From Camelus dromedarius (Eukaryota), in NCBI RefSeq assembly GCF_036321535.1, contig NC_087437.1, positions 16,432,001 through 16,496,000 of the forward strand: a stretch of 64,000 nt of DNA, in the 5' to 3' direction. The position numbers and the translations under genes are program-made. Of the stretch, positions 1 to 11,642 are shown piece by piece (the first letter of the stretch is position 1; every line of letters starts with the position of its first letter). The notes beneath the pieces were generated by a model. That model was not told where the DNA came from, did not search any database, and worked only from the letters and a program-made list of their open reading frames with translations.

Positions 1-574
1 TGTCAGAGCATTGTTGTAAATATTAGGTATTAAATCAGGAATCTGGCATATAATAACATTCAATAAGCAGTTTTTACTCATTATTAATTTTTACTATGAA
101 AGTGGCTTAGATGCTAAAAAGGTTATACCAAGAGGAAGAAGTTAGGTTACTTTATCCACATCCAAGGTAGAAAACCACAAACAAAAGAAATCACCTCATT
201 CATTTCTTTATTCTGAACTAGCTATACACATTTGCAGCCCTCTGCTGAACCCAAGCGGGAATTAAACGGAGAGATGAGATGTTCTCAGATGAAGAGTCAC
301 GCAACATGGCAATGGGATGGCAGAGAGCAGTCAGCGAAATGCCAGGTAAGTGGGAAGAGAAGGGATGCAGGCTGAGAACTGAGCCCCATGGGGCTTATCT
401 GGACTTGTCAGGGAAGCTCTGATGACCTCCAAGCCAGAGGTCAACCCCGAGCCCTCAATACCCAATTCTGGGGACAGCCGTTAATGAAGCTTTGCAACAT
501 TTACTCTAAGGGGAAAAGATCAAAGTGATATTAGATCATCTATTTAATCAACTGGTCAGTTCCACTAGCCCTGT

Positions 575-780
575 GTAACAGTTAGAGCTCTTCAAGTTGT
601 GATAGAAACCCAACTCCAAACCAGCTTAAGCAAAACACCAACAAGAAACAAAGATGAGTTTATGGATGATCCTGGGGAACCTCCAGAATAACCAAGCCTC
701 AGGCACCCAGAGATGTGGATGCTCTTCAGGAACCATGGGAATGGAGAGAGGACTCCTTCAGGACTTGCTGTCTCTCAGGA
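575..780. mobile_element. Degenerate MaLR LTR fragment (MLT1J/K-like)
   Basis: gttgtgatagaaacccaactccaaaccagcttaagcaaaa resembles the MLT1K-type terminus. Confidence 0.5.
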
Positions 781-799
781 CTGGGAGAGACAGATGAGG

Positions 800-2740
800 G
801 GTGACTGAGAAGGCACGATCGTCTGCCAGTGGCCAAGAAAGCTTGAGAGCAGCCGATTTCTCTGCAGAATCATGGAACGTCTCAGAGAGGCACCATCTAC
901 CTCTGAAAGTGGGGTGCAGGTAGAACAGAAGACAAGGAAGTGGTCTAAATATCATTTTGACAATCTCATCCCTTCCCCCTCCATAGCAGAAAGCTGGGTG
1001 TTTACCCTCTGCTGAGGTCAAACCAGAGAGCTTCTGAACTGAGGGGCCAGAATGATTGAGAGCCAGGGTGCCCAAGCAAAAACAGGAGAACTAGCAGATA
1101 GCTGATGCCCCGAGGTCCCTCTCCCACACTCGGCTCCCAGAATGCAGGCAACCTAGCTTAAACCTCCTGGGCAAAAAGCTGGCAGGTGTGTCATAGAAAA
1201 AAAGCAACCAGCCCAACAGACACTGAGAGTTGGGTCCCCAGTGAAAGGGCCGAGCCTGTTCTCCCTACCGTGAAGCCCGCCCCCGACACAAACAGCCCAG
1301 GCAAACACAGCTTCAGGCCAACTCTCCAGTGGCCCGTTCTTCAATACCAACTGATAGCCAAAGATCATCAAACATTTAAGAAGCCTTCCATTGTCCTTCA
1401 AAGAGAGAAACTGAAGTAAACAGAAAGATTTCAGAGAGGGGATAATGAAATAAGTAGGGCTTGGGGAGTAAAAAGATAGCCCATCCATGAAACGACAACA
1501 GGACGCCCTAATAAGCAACACCCATGGAGCAGAACGTGAGCTCTTGGGAATTATAAACATGATGGCAGAAATGAAAAATTCAGTAGGGTATTTGGACCAG
1601 AAATTAAGAACATCACCAAGGAATTAAAATTTTAGAAACAAACAGTTACAGAGGGAAAAAAGGATATTCTAAGAGAGTCAGCCCACAGAGGAAAAAAAGG
1701 GGGTGGGGGAGCAAGAAGTAGTCAATCAGCTTCTTGAAGCTAGAAGACAAGAGGGCAATGGCTTCAGAATCCTCAGGGGAAATGATTTCTGACCTAGAAT
1801 CCTATGTCCACGCAAAATATTAATTATGTACACAAGGAGAAGGAAAACATGTTCAGACATGCCAGGTCTCAAAAGCTGGATCTCCCATGTGCTTATTTTC
1901 AGGAAGACACTGGAGAATGTACTCCAGAACAGTGAGAATGAACCGAAGGACAACACGGTATCCAAGAAACAAGGGATTCAGCAGAAGGAAAAAGAGAAGG
2001 GAATTCCCAGGAAAATGGTGAAAGGAGGTCCCAGGACAACAGCTGTACAATGGGTTTAGCAAGCAATTAGCCCAGATATGAGCCAAGGATAGAGAAATCC
2101 AGAATGGATGTCCCCTAGAAAAATAAGAAATGGTTAAAAGAATCGTGGGATGAATTCATGATTGATACTAGAAAACTTAGCAAATAAGAAAAGCAAAAGG
2201 ATTATTAACTCTGGGGAAAATAAATACTTGTTCCTGAAAGTAAATTTAATTATAGTACCTTACATGACTCAGCTGTTACTAATGTTTACATAGTGATAAT
2301 GTACACAGTGAATAAAGAGTGAAGCAAAAATATGATCAAATATATTGGTAGTTAGGGCAGGAGCAGAGTGTGTGTATGTGTGTGTGTGTGTGTTTGTGTG
2401 TCAGAGGGGAGGCAGAAGAGACTAGAGTATAAGAAAGTTAAATCCAAGATAGAGATCAATAGACAATATTTAAAACTGTAAAGTCAAGAAATTGTGGCAT
2501 AACCATTTTATTTCAATATATTGAAGCAAATGCTAGAAGAGTAAGAGGAATTGAAAATGCTTGTCTCTGTGGAGTAGCAATGGAGTGAGATGGGACGGAG
2601 CACTGCATTATTCTTTTTCATTCTAGGCCTTTAGAATTCATTTTCTTTTTAAGCTATAGATATAGATATATATGTCTGTGTGTACATACATGTATAAGTA
2701 ATATTACAGCTATATCTATATCTATAAAAATTTTTGTTAA
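800..2740 (+). mobile_element. Ancient HAL1/L1ME-type element, ORF1 region, decayed
   Basis: ctagaagacaagagggcaatggcttcagaatcctcaggggaaatgatttctgacctagaatcc...ttcagacatgccaggtctcaaaa matches the old L1 ORF1 C-terminal pattern; A-rich + strand; internal (TG)n at ~2368-2400. Confidence 0.7.
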
Positions 2741-2749
2741 ATAGGCCAC

Positions 2750-2855
2750 TTTGGTATCAGAGATACCTGGATTTGTGTCTAAATTCTAGAACTTAGCTGT
2801 GTGACCTTAGACAAGTACCATCCCCTCTCTGGTCCTCAAATTGCTCATCAATTTC
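2750..2855 (+). mobile_element. MIR SINE fragment
   Basis: MIR core ttagctgtgtgaccttagacaagt...ctctctggtcctcaaattgctcatc. Confidence 0.75.
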
Positions 2856-3225
2856 AGGAGACAACTAGTTAGGATGATAAGGGGCACAAGGCCTGAAGCA
2901 TCTCAGGTGGTTCCTTTTCCCCACCCTATCTACTTCATCACTGTCATCCTCATTTTCTTTGTCACCTGTCATCTTTAACATCCCTAACAGCACTTACCAG
3001 AACCCATCATAAGAATTTGGAAAGGGATGAGAATTCTGAGACCAAAAACTCATCTGATAGCAAGAATTGTAGGAAGGGGCTGAGCATGAATGGGGCCTGA
3101 CGCAGAGGTGGACAATTTTTTCAAGGAGATTCCTTTCTTTTCTTGGAAACCATGATCTAAGATGCACTGTGTTTATAGCACAAGAATTTTATTTGGAACC
3201 TGAGGCCAAGAAATAGCTGAGGAAG

Positions 3226-3557
3226 ACATTGTTAAAATTTTTAGGAATTTTGTGAGTCAGTTGTTAGATACAGCCATTATTAAAAATTAAATTACAAAAC
3301 TTACAATGAAATGCATTATATTAAAAACAAAAGTATAAAATAATAAAAGCTTCACTCCCTAATTATTTGACTATTATCTATGCCCTTAAGGTTTTGTACT
3401 GTATCTGTTGTTAGCTGTATCTACATTAAGTGATGTCATGTTGGTAGCTGGAAGTCAGCCTTGGTGAAAGATTTATATCACAGAAATTAATAAATGCTGT
3501 AAATCAAAACTTTTTTCCCCAGAGAGAGTTTTTAAACATTCACCAGCACACTACTGG
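3226..3557 (+). mobile_element. hAT-Blackjack MITE, MER63-like
   Basis: ttgttaaaatttttaggaattttgtgagtcagttgtta...cagccattattaaaaattaaatta, ending in the TIR-like aaacattcaccagcacactactg. Confidence 0.7.
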
Positions 3558-3706
3558 CTGGGGATCAGGAACACCAGAATCCAGATGTGTCCAGCTTTCC
3601 AAAGGCTTAATAAAAACATATGTTTTGGCAACTTCCTCAGAAAACTCTTTGATCTCCTTAAATATGATGCTCCCTAGTAACCAACAAACATTTGAATGAA
3701 TGAACT

Positions 3707-5169
3707 TTAGGGGAGGAAAAACGTTTCCTCTACCCTATTAGGTTCTGTTCCTGAAGGCTGCAAATTAAGTTGACAAAAGATAAACTAACAGAAAAAAACC
3801 ATACAAATTTCATTTGATGTTAATATTTTTACATGCATATTGGCTTCATAGAAAAGAAATGAGAAATCCAAAGAAACATACTCAAGGGTTTATATAACAT
3901 TTTAACAAAGGATGATAAACTGTGGAGAAGTGACTAGACAAAGGAAAGGGGGTTTGGGCTTCTAGGAGAGATAAATTATGGGAAGGTAAAAATTGTGTCT
4001 GGTATTTTCACCATTAGCTTCTTTGCTGTCAACATCTTTGCCACAAACATTTCTACCACATAACAAATTGGCTGTAAGGCAATTTTACAGTGAAAGATAA
4101 AATAACTGGTTGGTAGTTTGGTTTGACAATTTGGTTTCAACAGGTTGAAATGTGTTACCATTTCTTCCAGTTAGCAATGCCATTGATGGCTTTGTTGAGT
4201 TGACAGATAACAATGATTTACCGCCAAGAGTTGATTTCTTATTTTGAAACATATTGCGCTGGAGGAGAAAGAGGCCAAGGGCCTCAAAGCACAAATTCAC
4301 ATTTCCCATAGAACTTTGGAACATCTACCAACAGACATTTGACGATACACCGAGAACACACAGCAATGTGGAGGCTTTCCCAACACAACAGAAAGCTCAG
4401 TTACAATTATGCATCTTAGTGTTTGGAAACTGATACATCTTTTAATGAAGTATAAAATTTTAGCAAAAGAGAAAAAGTGTGATGTCAAACTAGGAAACAA
4501 ATCAACAACAAAAAAGAAATACCTAATACCGTGAATGAAAGATTTGGAAGACAAGGGCTTAGGTACGACCCACGAAATAAAACCAGTTACTTGTGCAGAA
4601 TTGCCATGGATCTACACACATTGGCAAAGCATTCAAATATTTTGTATTTCACAATAAAGTCTTTTTCACATTGTTACTCATTTTTCATGTTTCACTATGC
4701 CCTTTTTAATGTCCCTCTTTTATTTTTCATCATTTTATCTTTTACAGCAAAATTGCCCTATAGCCAATTAGTTATGCAGTGGAAACGTCTGTGGCAAAAA
4801 TGCTTGCGGCAAAGATATCTAACGGCAAAGATGCTTACGGCGAAAAGTATCTAGAACTGGTAAATATATAGGGGAAAGTAGTGGTAGATAAGGGTTATTT
4901 AGTAAGGTTTGCTTATGCAGACTCATCTCGCTGCTGGCGCTCTGTCTCTGGTGATAAGAGTCACCCTTTCATTCTGGAGAAAATCAGGGAAGAGGGGCAG
5001 GGTGCAGAATTTATGCCACCTTCACAAAGGGAAATTTATGCCCTGCTTTTAGGCAGATAGAAGAGGGCAGAGAAATCTTCCTGTGTCTTTTTCTCAATTG
5101 CCTCCAGCTCAAGATAATTCTTATGCCAAAGGGACATATTTTGGCATGACATATTCTGATACCCTTCAG
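3707..5169 (-). mobile_element. ERV1-class solo LTR (MER34-like), split by a Mutator-like insertion
   Basis: Minus strand starts tgaagggtatcagaatatgtcatgccaaaatatgtccctttggcataagaattatcttgagctggaggcaattgaga; LTR sequence resumes on both sides of 3994-4858. Confidence 0.75.
3994..4858 (+). mobile_element. Non-autonomous Mutator-like (MULE/MuDR) DNA transposon with transposase C-terminal remnant
   Basis: Imperfect ~110-130 bp TIRs with internal catctttgcc-type sub-repeats; 9-bp TSD ggtaaaaat (3985-3993) / ggtaaatat (4859-4867); from 4302 it translates FPIELWNIYQQTFDDTPRTHSNVEAF, then after a frameshift MHLSVWKLIHLL, and later SYLCRIAMDL. Confidence 0.8.
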
Positions 5170-5254
5170 AACAAATGAACAAATGATGAATGAATGTCTA
5201 GAAAGCAATACTTAATACTCAGACCTTTCTTTAACATGGAAAGCAAAGTCCTGT

Positions 5255-5378
5255 AAAACCGTGGACCAGTGGCATTAATATCATCGGAATAAGTTAGAAA
5301 AGTAAAATCTCAGGCCCCTCATAGACCTCCTGACTAGAAGTCTGCATTTTAACACAGTGAAGTTTGAGAAGCATCGGT
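5255..5378. mobile_element. MER5A-like hAT-Charlie MITE fragment
   Basis: aatctcaggcccctcatagacctcctgactagaagtctgcattttaac...aagtttgagaagca. Confidence 0.65.
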
Positions 5379-5659
5379 GCAAATGTCAGCTGTGACCAAA
5401 ACATCCCCCAGTGAGCCAGAGTTCTTTCCCCACCCCGCCTGAAATTCTGCCACTCAGAAATCCATTGTGCTTAACAAGCCTTTAAAAAGGCAAATTCCTC
5501 TGAGTGGGTTAATGGCCCAGCCCTAAGGAGAATTTGTTCAAGGAGATTGCTTTCTTCCCTTCGAACCTTTACCTGAGATGCACAGTGCTTACAGATTGGA
5601 GGTTTTATTTGGAAAAGATGGGGGAAAGTGAGAGCGGAGAGAACTCAGTCATTCCCCGT

Positions 5660-6124
5660 TGCATCTTCTAACTCCTGCTTCTCACTTCCTCCCTCACCCT
5701 CTACAGTCTAGTCTCCACTTAGCAACTAGGGGAGCTTTTAAAAATGCAGATCAGGTCATGGATTTCCATTCACACTGCATTTGGAATAAAATCTGAACTC
5801 CCAATATGGACCAGAAGACCCTGGAAAATCTCCCCCAGCCTGGGCAAATACCACTTCTGTGCTCCCAAACCCAGCCGCGCTGGCCTGCCTCCTGTCTCCG
5901 GGCTTCCTCTGCCTTCAGGCTCTGTGCCTGCTGTTCCCTCTGCCTGGATCTCCCCTGACTGGCTCCTCATCACTCAGTCTACGCTTAAATATCCCCTTCC
6001 AGAGAGGCCACTGCTGACAAACCCAAATTATCATTCCATCATATCACCTGCTTTCTTTTCTTCACTGTAATCATCACAATTTAGAGTTGTCTGACTTATA
6101 TGCATATTTATTTTCTGTACACCC

Positions 6125-6178
<54 letters not shown>

Positions 6179-6275
6179 ACTCATTCATAAACACAAAGAA
6201 GGTGTAAACTCCATCAGAACAGGTCACATCAGCACCCAGAATGGTACCCGACACAGAGTAAGTGCTCAAGAAACC
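5660..6275 (+). mobile_element. L2 LINE 3' region
   Basis: ctgtgcctgctgttccctctgcctgga...ccttccagagaggcc...acacagagtaagtgctcaa. Confidence 0.75.
6127..6177. repeat. (CA)n microsatellite, ~25 units
   Basis: Directly visible perfect repeat. Confidence 0.97.
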
Positions 6276-7887
6276 CTGGGGGCAAATGCAGGTTTGCATG
6301 AAGGCAACTGCATAACAAAGTGCTCCGCCACCTACAACCACCTCTAAGCTCAGCCCTGCACCCTCAAAAGGAAAAGAAGCCTTTATTCTGCTCCCTACAT
6401 TCTTGGGTATGTCCCCACTGCCTCCCAGGACACAGCCCTGCTATGGGTACCATGCGGATTCAAGTGTGAAGTTTGCAGAAGGCCCAGGAGGGCAAGCTGG
6501 TCTGAGGGCTTGGAAACCACACCGATAGCAGGTCTGACGCAGCGATGCCAACCCCACCTCCAGAGACTCATAAAGTTACTAGACGTCAGTTTGTGAAACT
6601 GTCAGATGCTCGTGAATGCCTGATCGGGGCGGAGCCTCCTGTGGGGGGTCACATTACTGAATGCGTACTTGCTACATGGGAAGTCCAAAGAAGAAGGCTT
6701 TATGGCCGGGATGCCCACCCTCTACACACACACACACCCCCCACCCACCAGGGTGAATGACTGCCAGGCAGATGGCGTCACTGTCAGGGAGGCAGGGCCC
6801 CAGTCCCCACGCAGCGCTGGACTGTGCCCCACCCCCCACCCCAGGAGAACCTCTGTGGCCCCTCTTCATTTGGGATTGCTTTTTTAACCAGGAGCCCGTA
6901 TAACAGCTGGGTCATTTTCTAGACACAGGTTTAATATGTTCGATCAAGCCACCAGGTCAGGAAGCTTCTTTGCCCACTGTTTTCTACAGGGGTATCCCCC
7001 ATGGAGCTCAGGCGTCTCTCCAAGGGTAGCCTCTGTGCCTCTACTTCTAAGCCCCTGGGGACACCTGCCTGCATCCCAGGACCAGCCAGCGACCTGGGCC
7101 ATGCTGAGGCCAGCGCTCTTTTGTGGGCTGCCCTGGGGATCCATCCTCCACCTACCACCTCATCTTTCTGGAAACTACTACTCTATCTTCACAAAAGTCC
7201 ATTGACAGGACGAATCATGGAGCTGCTAACAACGCGGCTCAGAGGCAGAAGTGCTGTGGGGTTTTTTCCTCCTTCCTCCCCATTAAGTATCCTTCACTTC
7301 ATCTGTTTTCATATTGACCTTTGTCATAAACAGCGTGGACAAATCACTTCTCCTTCTTTCAGCTCTTTTTCAATTTCAGGCTCTTGTCTCATGAAGTATG
7401 TACTTTGGAGGTGTCAGCCCAGCCCCTGCCCCTCCCCACTCTTTAGGACTGTCCCCCATCTATGGGAATGTCCACTGGAATAAAGGGAGAGGAGAAGGAT
7501 GAGGCTGCAGGAGAGGAGGCCCACAAAACAATGAGAAAGTGTCATCCTGTACCTGCAGCTCCAGCTCCTGGCTGGCTCTCCACCCCCAGAGAGCTATCCC
7601 AGTGTGAGGCCCACCCATCACTGCAAATCTGGTAGTAACAGCCTCAGCTTGAAAGGGTTCCCCTCACTCATGACCAGAACCAATCAGAAAGACTGCTTCT
7701 TCAACCTGGGTCCCGCTCTGCTATCCCATTGCCATGCTGTGTGTCTCTTCACCTGAGACTATCTCATCTCCCCAGTTAATTCCTGCCTGGGTTCAGCAGA
7801 GGGCTGCAAATGTGTGTAACTAGTTCAGGGTAAAGAAATGAACGCGGTGATTTCTTTTGTTTGTGCTTTTTTATTTTAATGTGTCAC

Positions 7888-8280
7888 TTTTTTTTCTTTC
7901 TGAAGCATAGCTGATGTACAATATTATATAAGTTTTGGGTGTACTATATAGTGATTCACAATTTTCTTTTGAACCATGTAACTATATTTTGTTTTGTTTT
8001 CAAGTTTGAAATTATCATGAAAATTCAGATTTGTTTGCTTTACATTTGAACATACTATAATAATTCTTATAAGCAAAAGATTATGTGGCAAATGCATGGA
8101 AGTTATTATACAGCACTGTATTACACAATTTGTAAAGGTTATGCTCCATGTATAGTTACTGTAAAATAATTCCCTGTGCTGTACAATAGGGCCAATATAT
8201 CCTCATAGCTTATTTTATACGTAATAGTTCATATGTCTTAATCCTCTACCCTTATTTCCACCCTTCCCCTCCTCCCTTGC
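7888..8280 (-). mobile_element. L1 3' end fragment interrupted by a ~160-bp insertion
   Basis: T-run then tgaagcatagctgatgtacaatattatataagtt...gtgattcacaattt[insert]gtaaaggttatgctccatgtatagtt. Confidence 0.75.
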
Positions 8281-9524
8281 TTTGGCCTACTTTTTCTTCC
8301 CTCCTTATCATCCACCCTCAGCCTTTCCTCTGGTCTTCTTGCAGCCATTGTAAGACCCCGGGGATCAGCAAATCAGTTGCTGGGTATCCTTACAACACAG
8401 GTCCTAGCTGCCTGTGGGCTTGACGTGAAGGCGCAGAGACAGTGAGTGTGGGGTCTTAGGCCCAGTCTTGACGGGGAGCTTTGCCCACCTGTGGCAGGCG
8501 GCAAACCCGGAGGACCTTATACACTCTGTGAACTGAATTCAGTGACAGGGCATCAGGGCACAGGGGTGGGTCCTGCTCACTTGGGGACCAGGGCAGTGCC
8601 AAACTGCCTGGCCCTCTCCTCAGGCCTGACTGACTGCTCATCCCTGCTTCCTCCCACCTCGGCCACCTCCATCCACAGCTCGGGTCTCCAGGCTCCTGTC
8701 CCCTGGCCTCCCCTCTCCTCCCCTGTGACCCCAGGTCCCTTTAAACACAGGCAGAAACAAATTATTTATGAAAGGCCCTCATTTATGATGCGTCCATAAA
8801 GACTGGGAAGACACCGCGAATTTATTTAATGAGCACAGACACGATGATTCACAAACGATGATTCCAGTCAGAAATTAGCTTCATTAATTTGCTGTGAGCC
8901 CTCTGCTTTGATTTAGAGCCTCCGGGGGACCTCAGACCCACAAATCTCCTCAGCGTTTGTATCGCTCCTGCCTGAGCCCAGCTCAAGCAATCCTCCTGCA
9001 CAGTTGCCTGGCATCCTGGTCCTGCGCACCTCGGTGACACTGAGAGGTCCCTTCACGTCATCTACCCAAGCTGAGTGGTCTCCCCACGACCTGCCTCCAG
9101 GCCGCCGGCTCTGCTCTGCGGGAACCTTCCCGACCCGCAGCGCACCTGGCCTGCCCGTGTGGGACAGCAGAGGAACATCCTGCCAGGCTTTCCCGAGGAC
9201 CTCACAACAGACGCCCACCCCACCCACAAGTGACAGCCACATGGGATTTGTGCCAGTCACCATAGCACCATGACGGGTCGCAGACCTGGAAGCTGCTGGC
9301 ACGAGCCCAGTAGGAGATGTTTTCCAGCTGCCAGACACACACCCCAGCCACGTGCTTCAGGGTGTCCACCTGGGGCGTGGGGTTGGGGGCCAGTGGAGGC
9401 AGCAAAACCTCTGCTTGAATGTCTGTGTCCTAAGTCCACCCAGGACCCTCAGGGACCTCACCTTTCTTTATCACCTAAGCACACATGGACTACACTTTGC
9501 TGCCCACATGAATTATAATTATTT

Positions 9525-9677
9525 TTTAATTTTTTTTTTTCATTTTTCGAGGGGGAGATAATTAGGTTTATTTATTTATTTTCAATTTTTTTTTTTTAAT
9601 TGAGGTATTGGGGATGGAGCCCAGTACCTCATGCTTGCTAAGCATGCAGTCTACCCCTGAGCTACATACCCTCCTCC
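9525..9677 (-). mobile_element. tRNA-derived SINE, camelid Vic-1-like
   Basis: Minus strand ggagggtatgtagctcaggggtagactgcatgcttagcaagcatgaggtactgggctccatcccc (A/B-box-like head), then aaataaataaacctaattatctcccc and an A-tail. Confidence 0.8.
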
Positions 9678-9967
9678 CTTACTTTGTAATTTAGCTATTT
9701 TTGCCCAAGTTACACAGACACATGGGTTAAAGAAACAGTCCTACAATGCTTGTATTCATACAATAAACAGCAATCTCTGAATCTCCCACTACCATCAACC
9801 CCACTTTCATTTGATATTTTTCTCCATATCCAGAAAAAATATACTTAGATCATTACTTTGAGGTTTTTTTTTCAATTTCAGACATGAACTCTTGGCTTCC
9901 ACTGTAAAACGTGCGGCCTTAGTTCGCTTTCACAGCACCTCCTTCCCTGCGAACGTATTTCTAGTAC

Positions 9968-10167
9968 GGGGGCAGCACATGTTTTTGTAAATTTTTTTTA
10001 CAAAATGTTGTTATTGAACTGCAGCCATGTCCACTTGTTCACAGATTTTCCATGCCTGCCTTAGTGCTGCAATAACAGATCTGAGTAGTTGCCACAGAGA
10101 TGTATGCCTTCCAAAGCCTAAAATATTTACTATCTGGCTCTTTGCAGAAAAGTTTGCCAACCTTTGT
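9968..10167. mobile_element. MER58A-like hAT-Charlie MITE
   Basis: aaagcctaaaatatttactatctggctctttgcagaaaagtttgccaacc. Confidence 0.8.
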
Positions 10168-10387
10168 TAGTCTTTGCATCTGACCCATGCAGTTCCACTG
10201 AATTTCGGCTATAGATCCATATCCAGTGTTTCCATCGATATCCAGTGTTTCCATTATCATAACATCTAAATGCCATGCTCAGCTGAGCCATATAGTATAC
10301 TATGAGTGCTTTTTCTTTCCTATACATTTTATTTTCCCTTGCATTTATAATTGCCTTTTGTGTTCAGCTGTCTAGTTCTTTGCTCTT

Positions 10388-11642
10388 TTTTTCAATATTT
10401 TTTATTGAGTTATAGTCCTTTTACAATGTTGTGTCAAATTCCAGTGTAGAGCACAATTTTTCAGTTATACTTGAACATACACATATTCATTGTCACATTT
10501 TTTTCCGCTGTGAGCTACCACAAGATCTTGAATATATTTCCCCGTGCTGTACAATATAACCTTGTTTATCTATTCTGCATATGCCTGTCAGTATCTACAA
10601 ATTTTGAAATTCCATTCTGTCCCTTCCCACCCCCCCCCACCCCCTTGGCAACCACAAGTTTGTATTCTATGTCTATGAGTCTGTTTCTGTTTTGTATTTA
10701 TGTTCTTTTTTTTTTTAGGTTCCACATATGAGCGATCTCATATGGTATTTTTCTTTCTCTTTCTGGCTTACTTAACTTAGAATGACATCCTCCAGGGACA
10801 TCCATGTTGCTGCAAATGGCATTATGTTGTCAGTTTTTATGGCTGAATAGTATTCCATTGTATCAATATACCACATCTTCTTTGTCCAGTCCTCTGTTGA
10901 TGGACATTTAGGCTGTTTCCATGTCTTGGCTATTGTAAATAGTGCTGCTATGAACATAGGGGTGCAGGTGTCATTTTGAAGTAGGTTTCCTTCTGCATAT
11001 ATGCCTAGGAGCAGGATTACTGGGTCATGTGGTAAGTCTATTTTTAGTCTTTTGAGGAATTTCCATACTGTTTTCCACAGTGGCTGCACCAAACTCCATT
11101 CCCACCAGCAGTGTAGGAGGGTTCCCTTTTGTCTACAGCCTCTACAGCCTCTTTGTGGACTTTTGAATGATGGCCATTCTGACTGGTGTGAGGTGATACC
11201 TCATCATAGTTTTGATTTGCATTTCTCTGATAAATAGTGATATTGAGCATTTTTTCATGTGCCTATTGATCATTTGTATTTCTCCCTTGGAGAATTGCTT
11301 CTTTAGGTCTTCTGCCCATTTTAGGATTGGGTTGTTGTTTTTTTTCTTATTATGTCTTATGAGCTGCTTGTATATTCTGGAGATCAAGCCTTTGTCGGTT
11401 TCATCATTTGCAAAAATTTTCTCCCATTTTGTAAGTTGTCATTTTGTTTTGCTTATGGTTCCCTTTACAAAGACTTAAACGTAAGACAAGATACCATAAA
11501 CCTCCTAGAAGAAAACATAGGCAAAACATTATCTCACATATATCTCAAAAATGTTCCTCTAGGGCAGTCTTCCCAAGCAATAGAAATAAAAGCAAGAATA
11601 AACAAATGGGACATAATTAAACTTACCAGCTTCTGCACAGTA
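10388..11642 (-). mobile_element. Young 5'-truncated L1 with 5' inversion (10388-~11462 minus, ~11463-11640 plus)
   Basis: ORF2 C-terminal peptides in the track ([47 protein letters not shown]); TSD tctttgctctt (10377-10387) / tctttgttctt (11643-11653). Confidence 0.9.

Noticed and set aside
4531..4854. 107-aa ORF as a possible domesticated transposase gene
   Set aside because: It covers only the extreme C-terminus and reads into the TIR. Upstream frameshifts and a stop are present, and the N-terminal and most catalytic regions are missing.
9600..9677. tRNA-like sequence
   Set aside because: It is the degenerate head of a SINE with tail and poly(A), not an intact cloverleaf.
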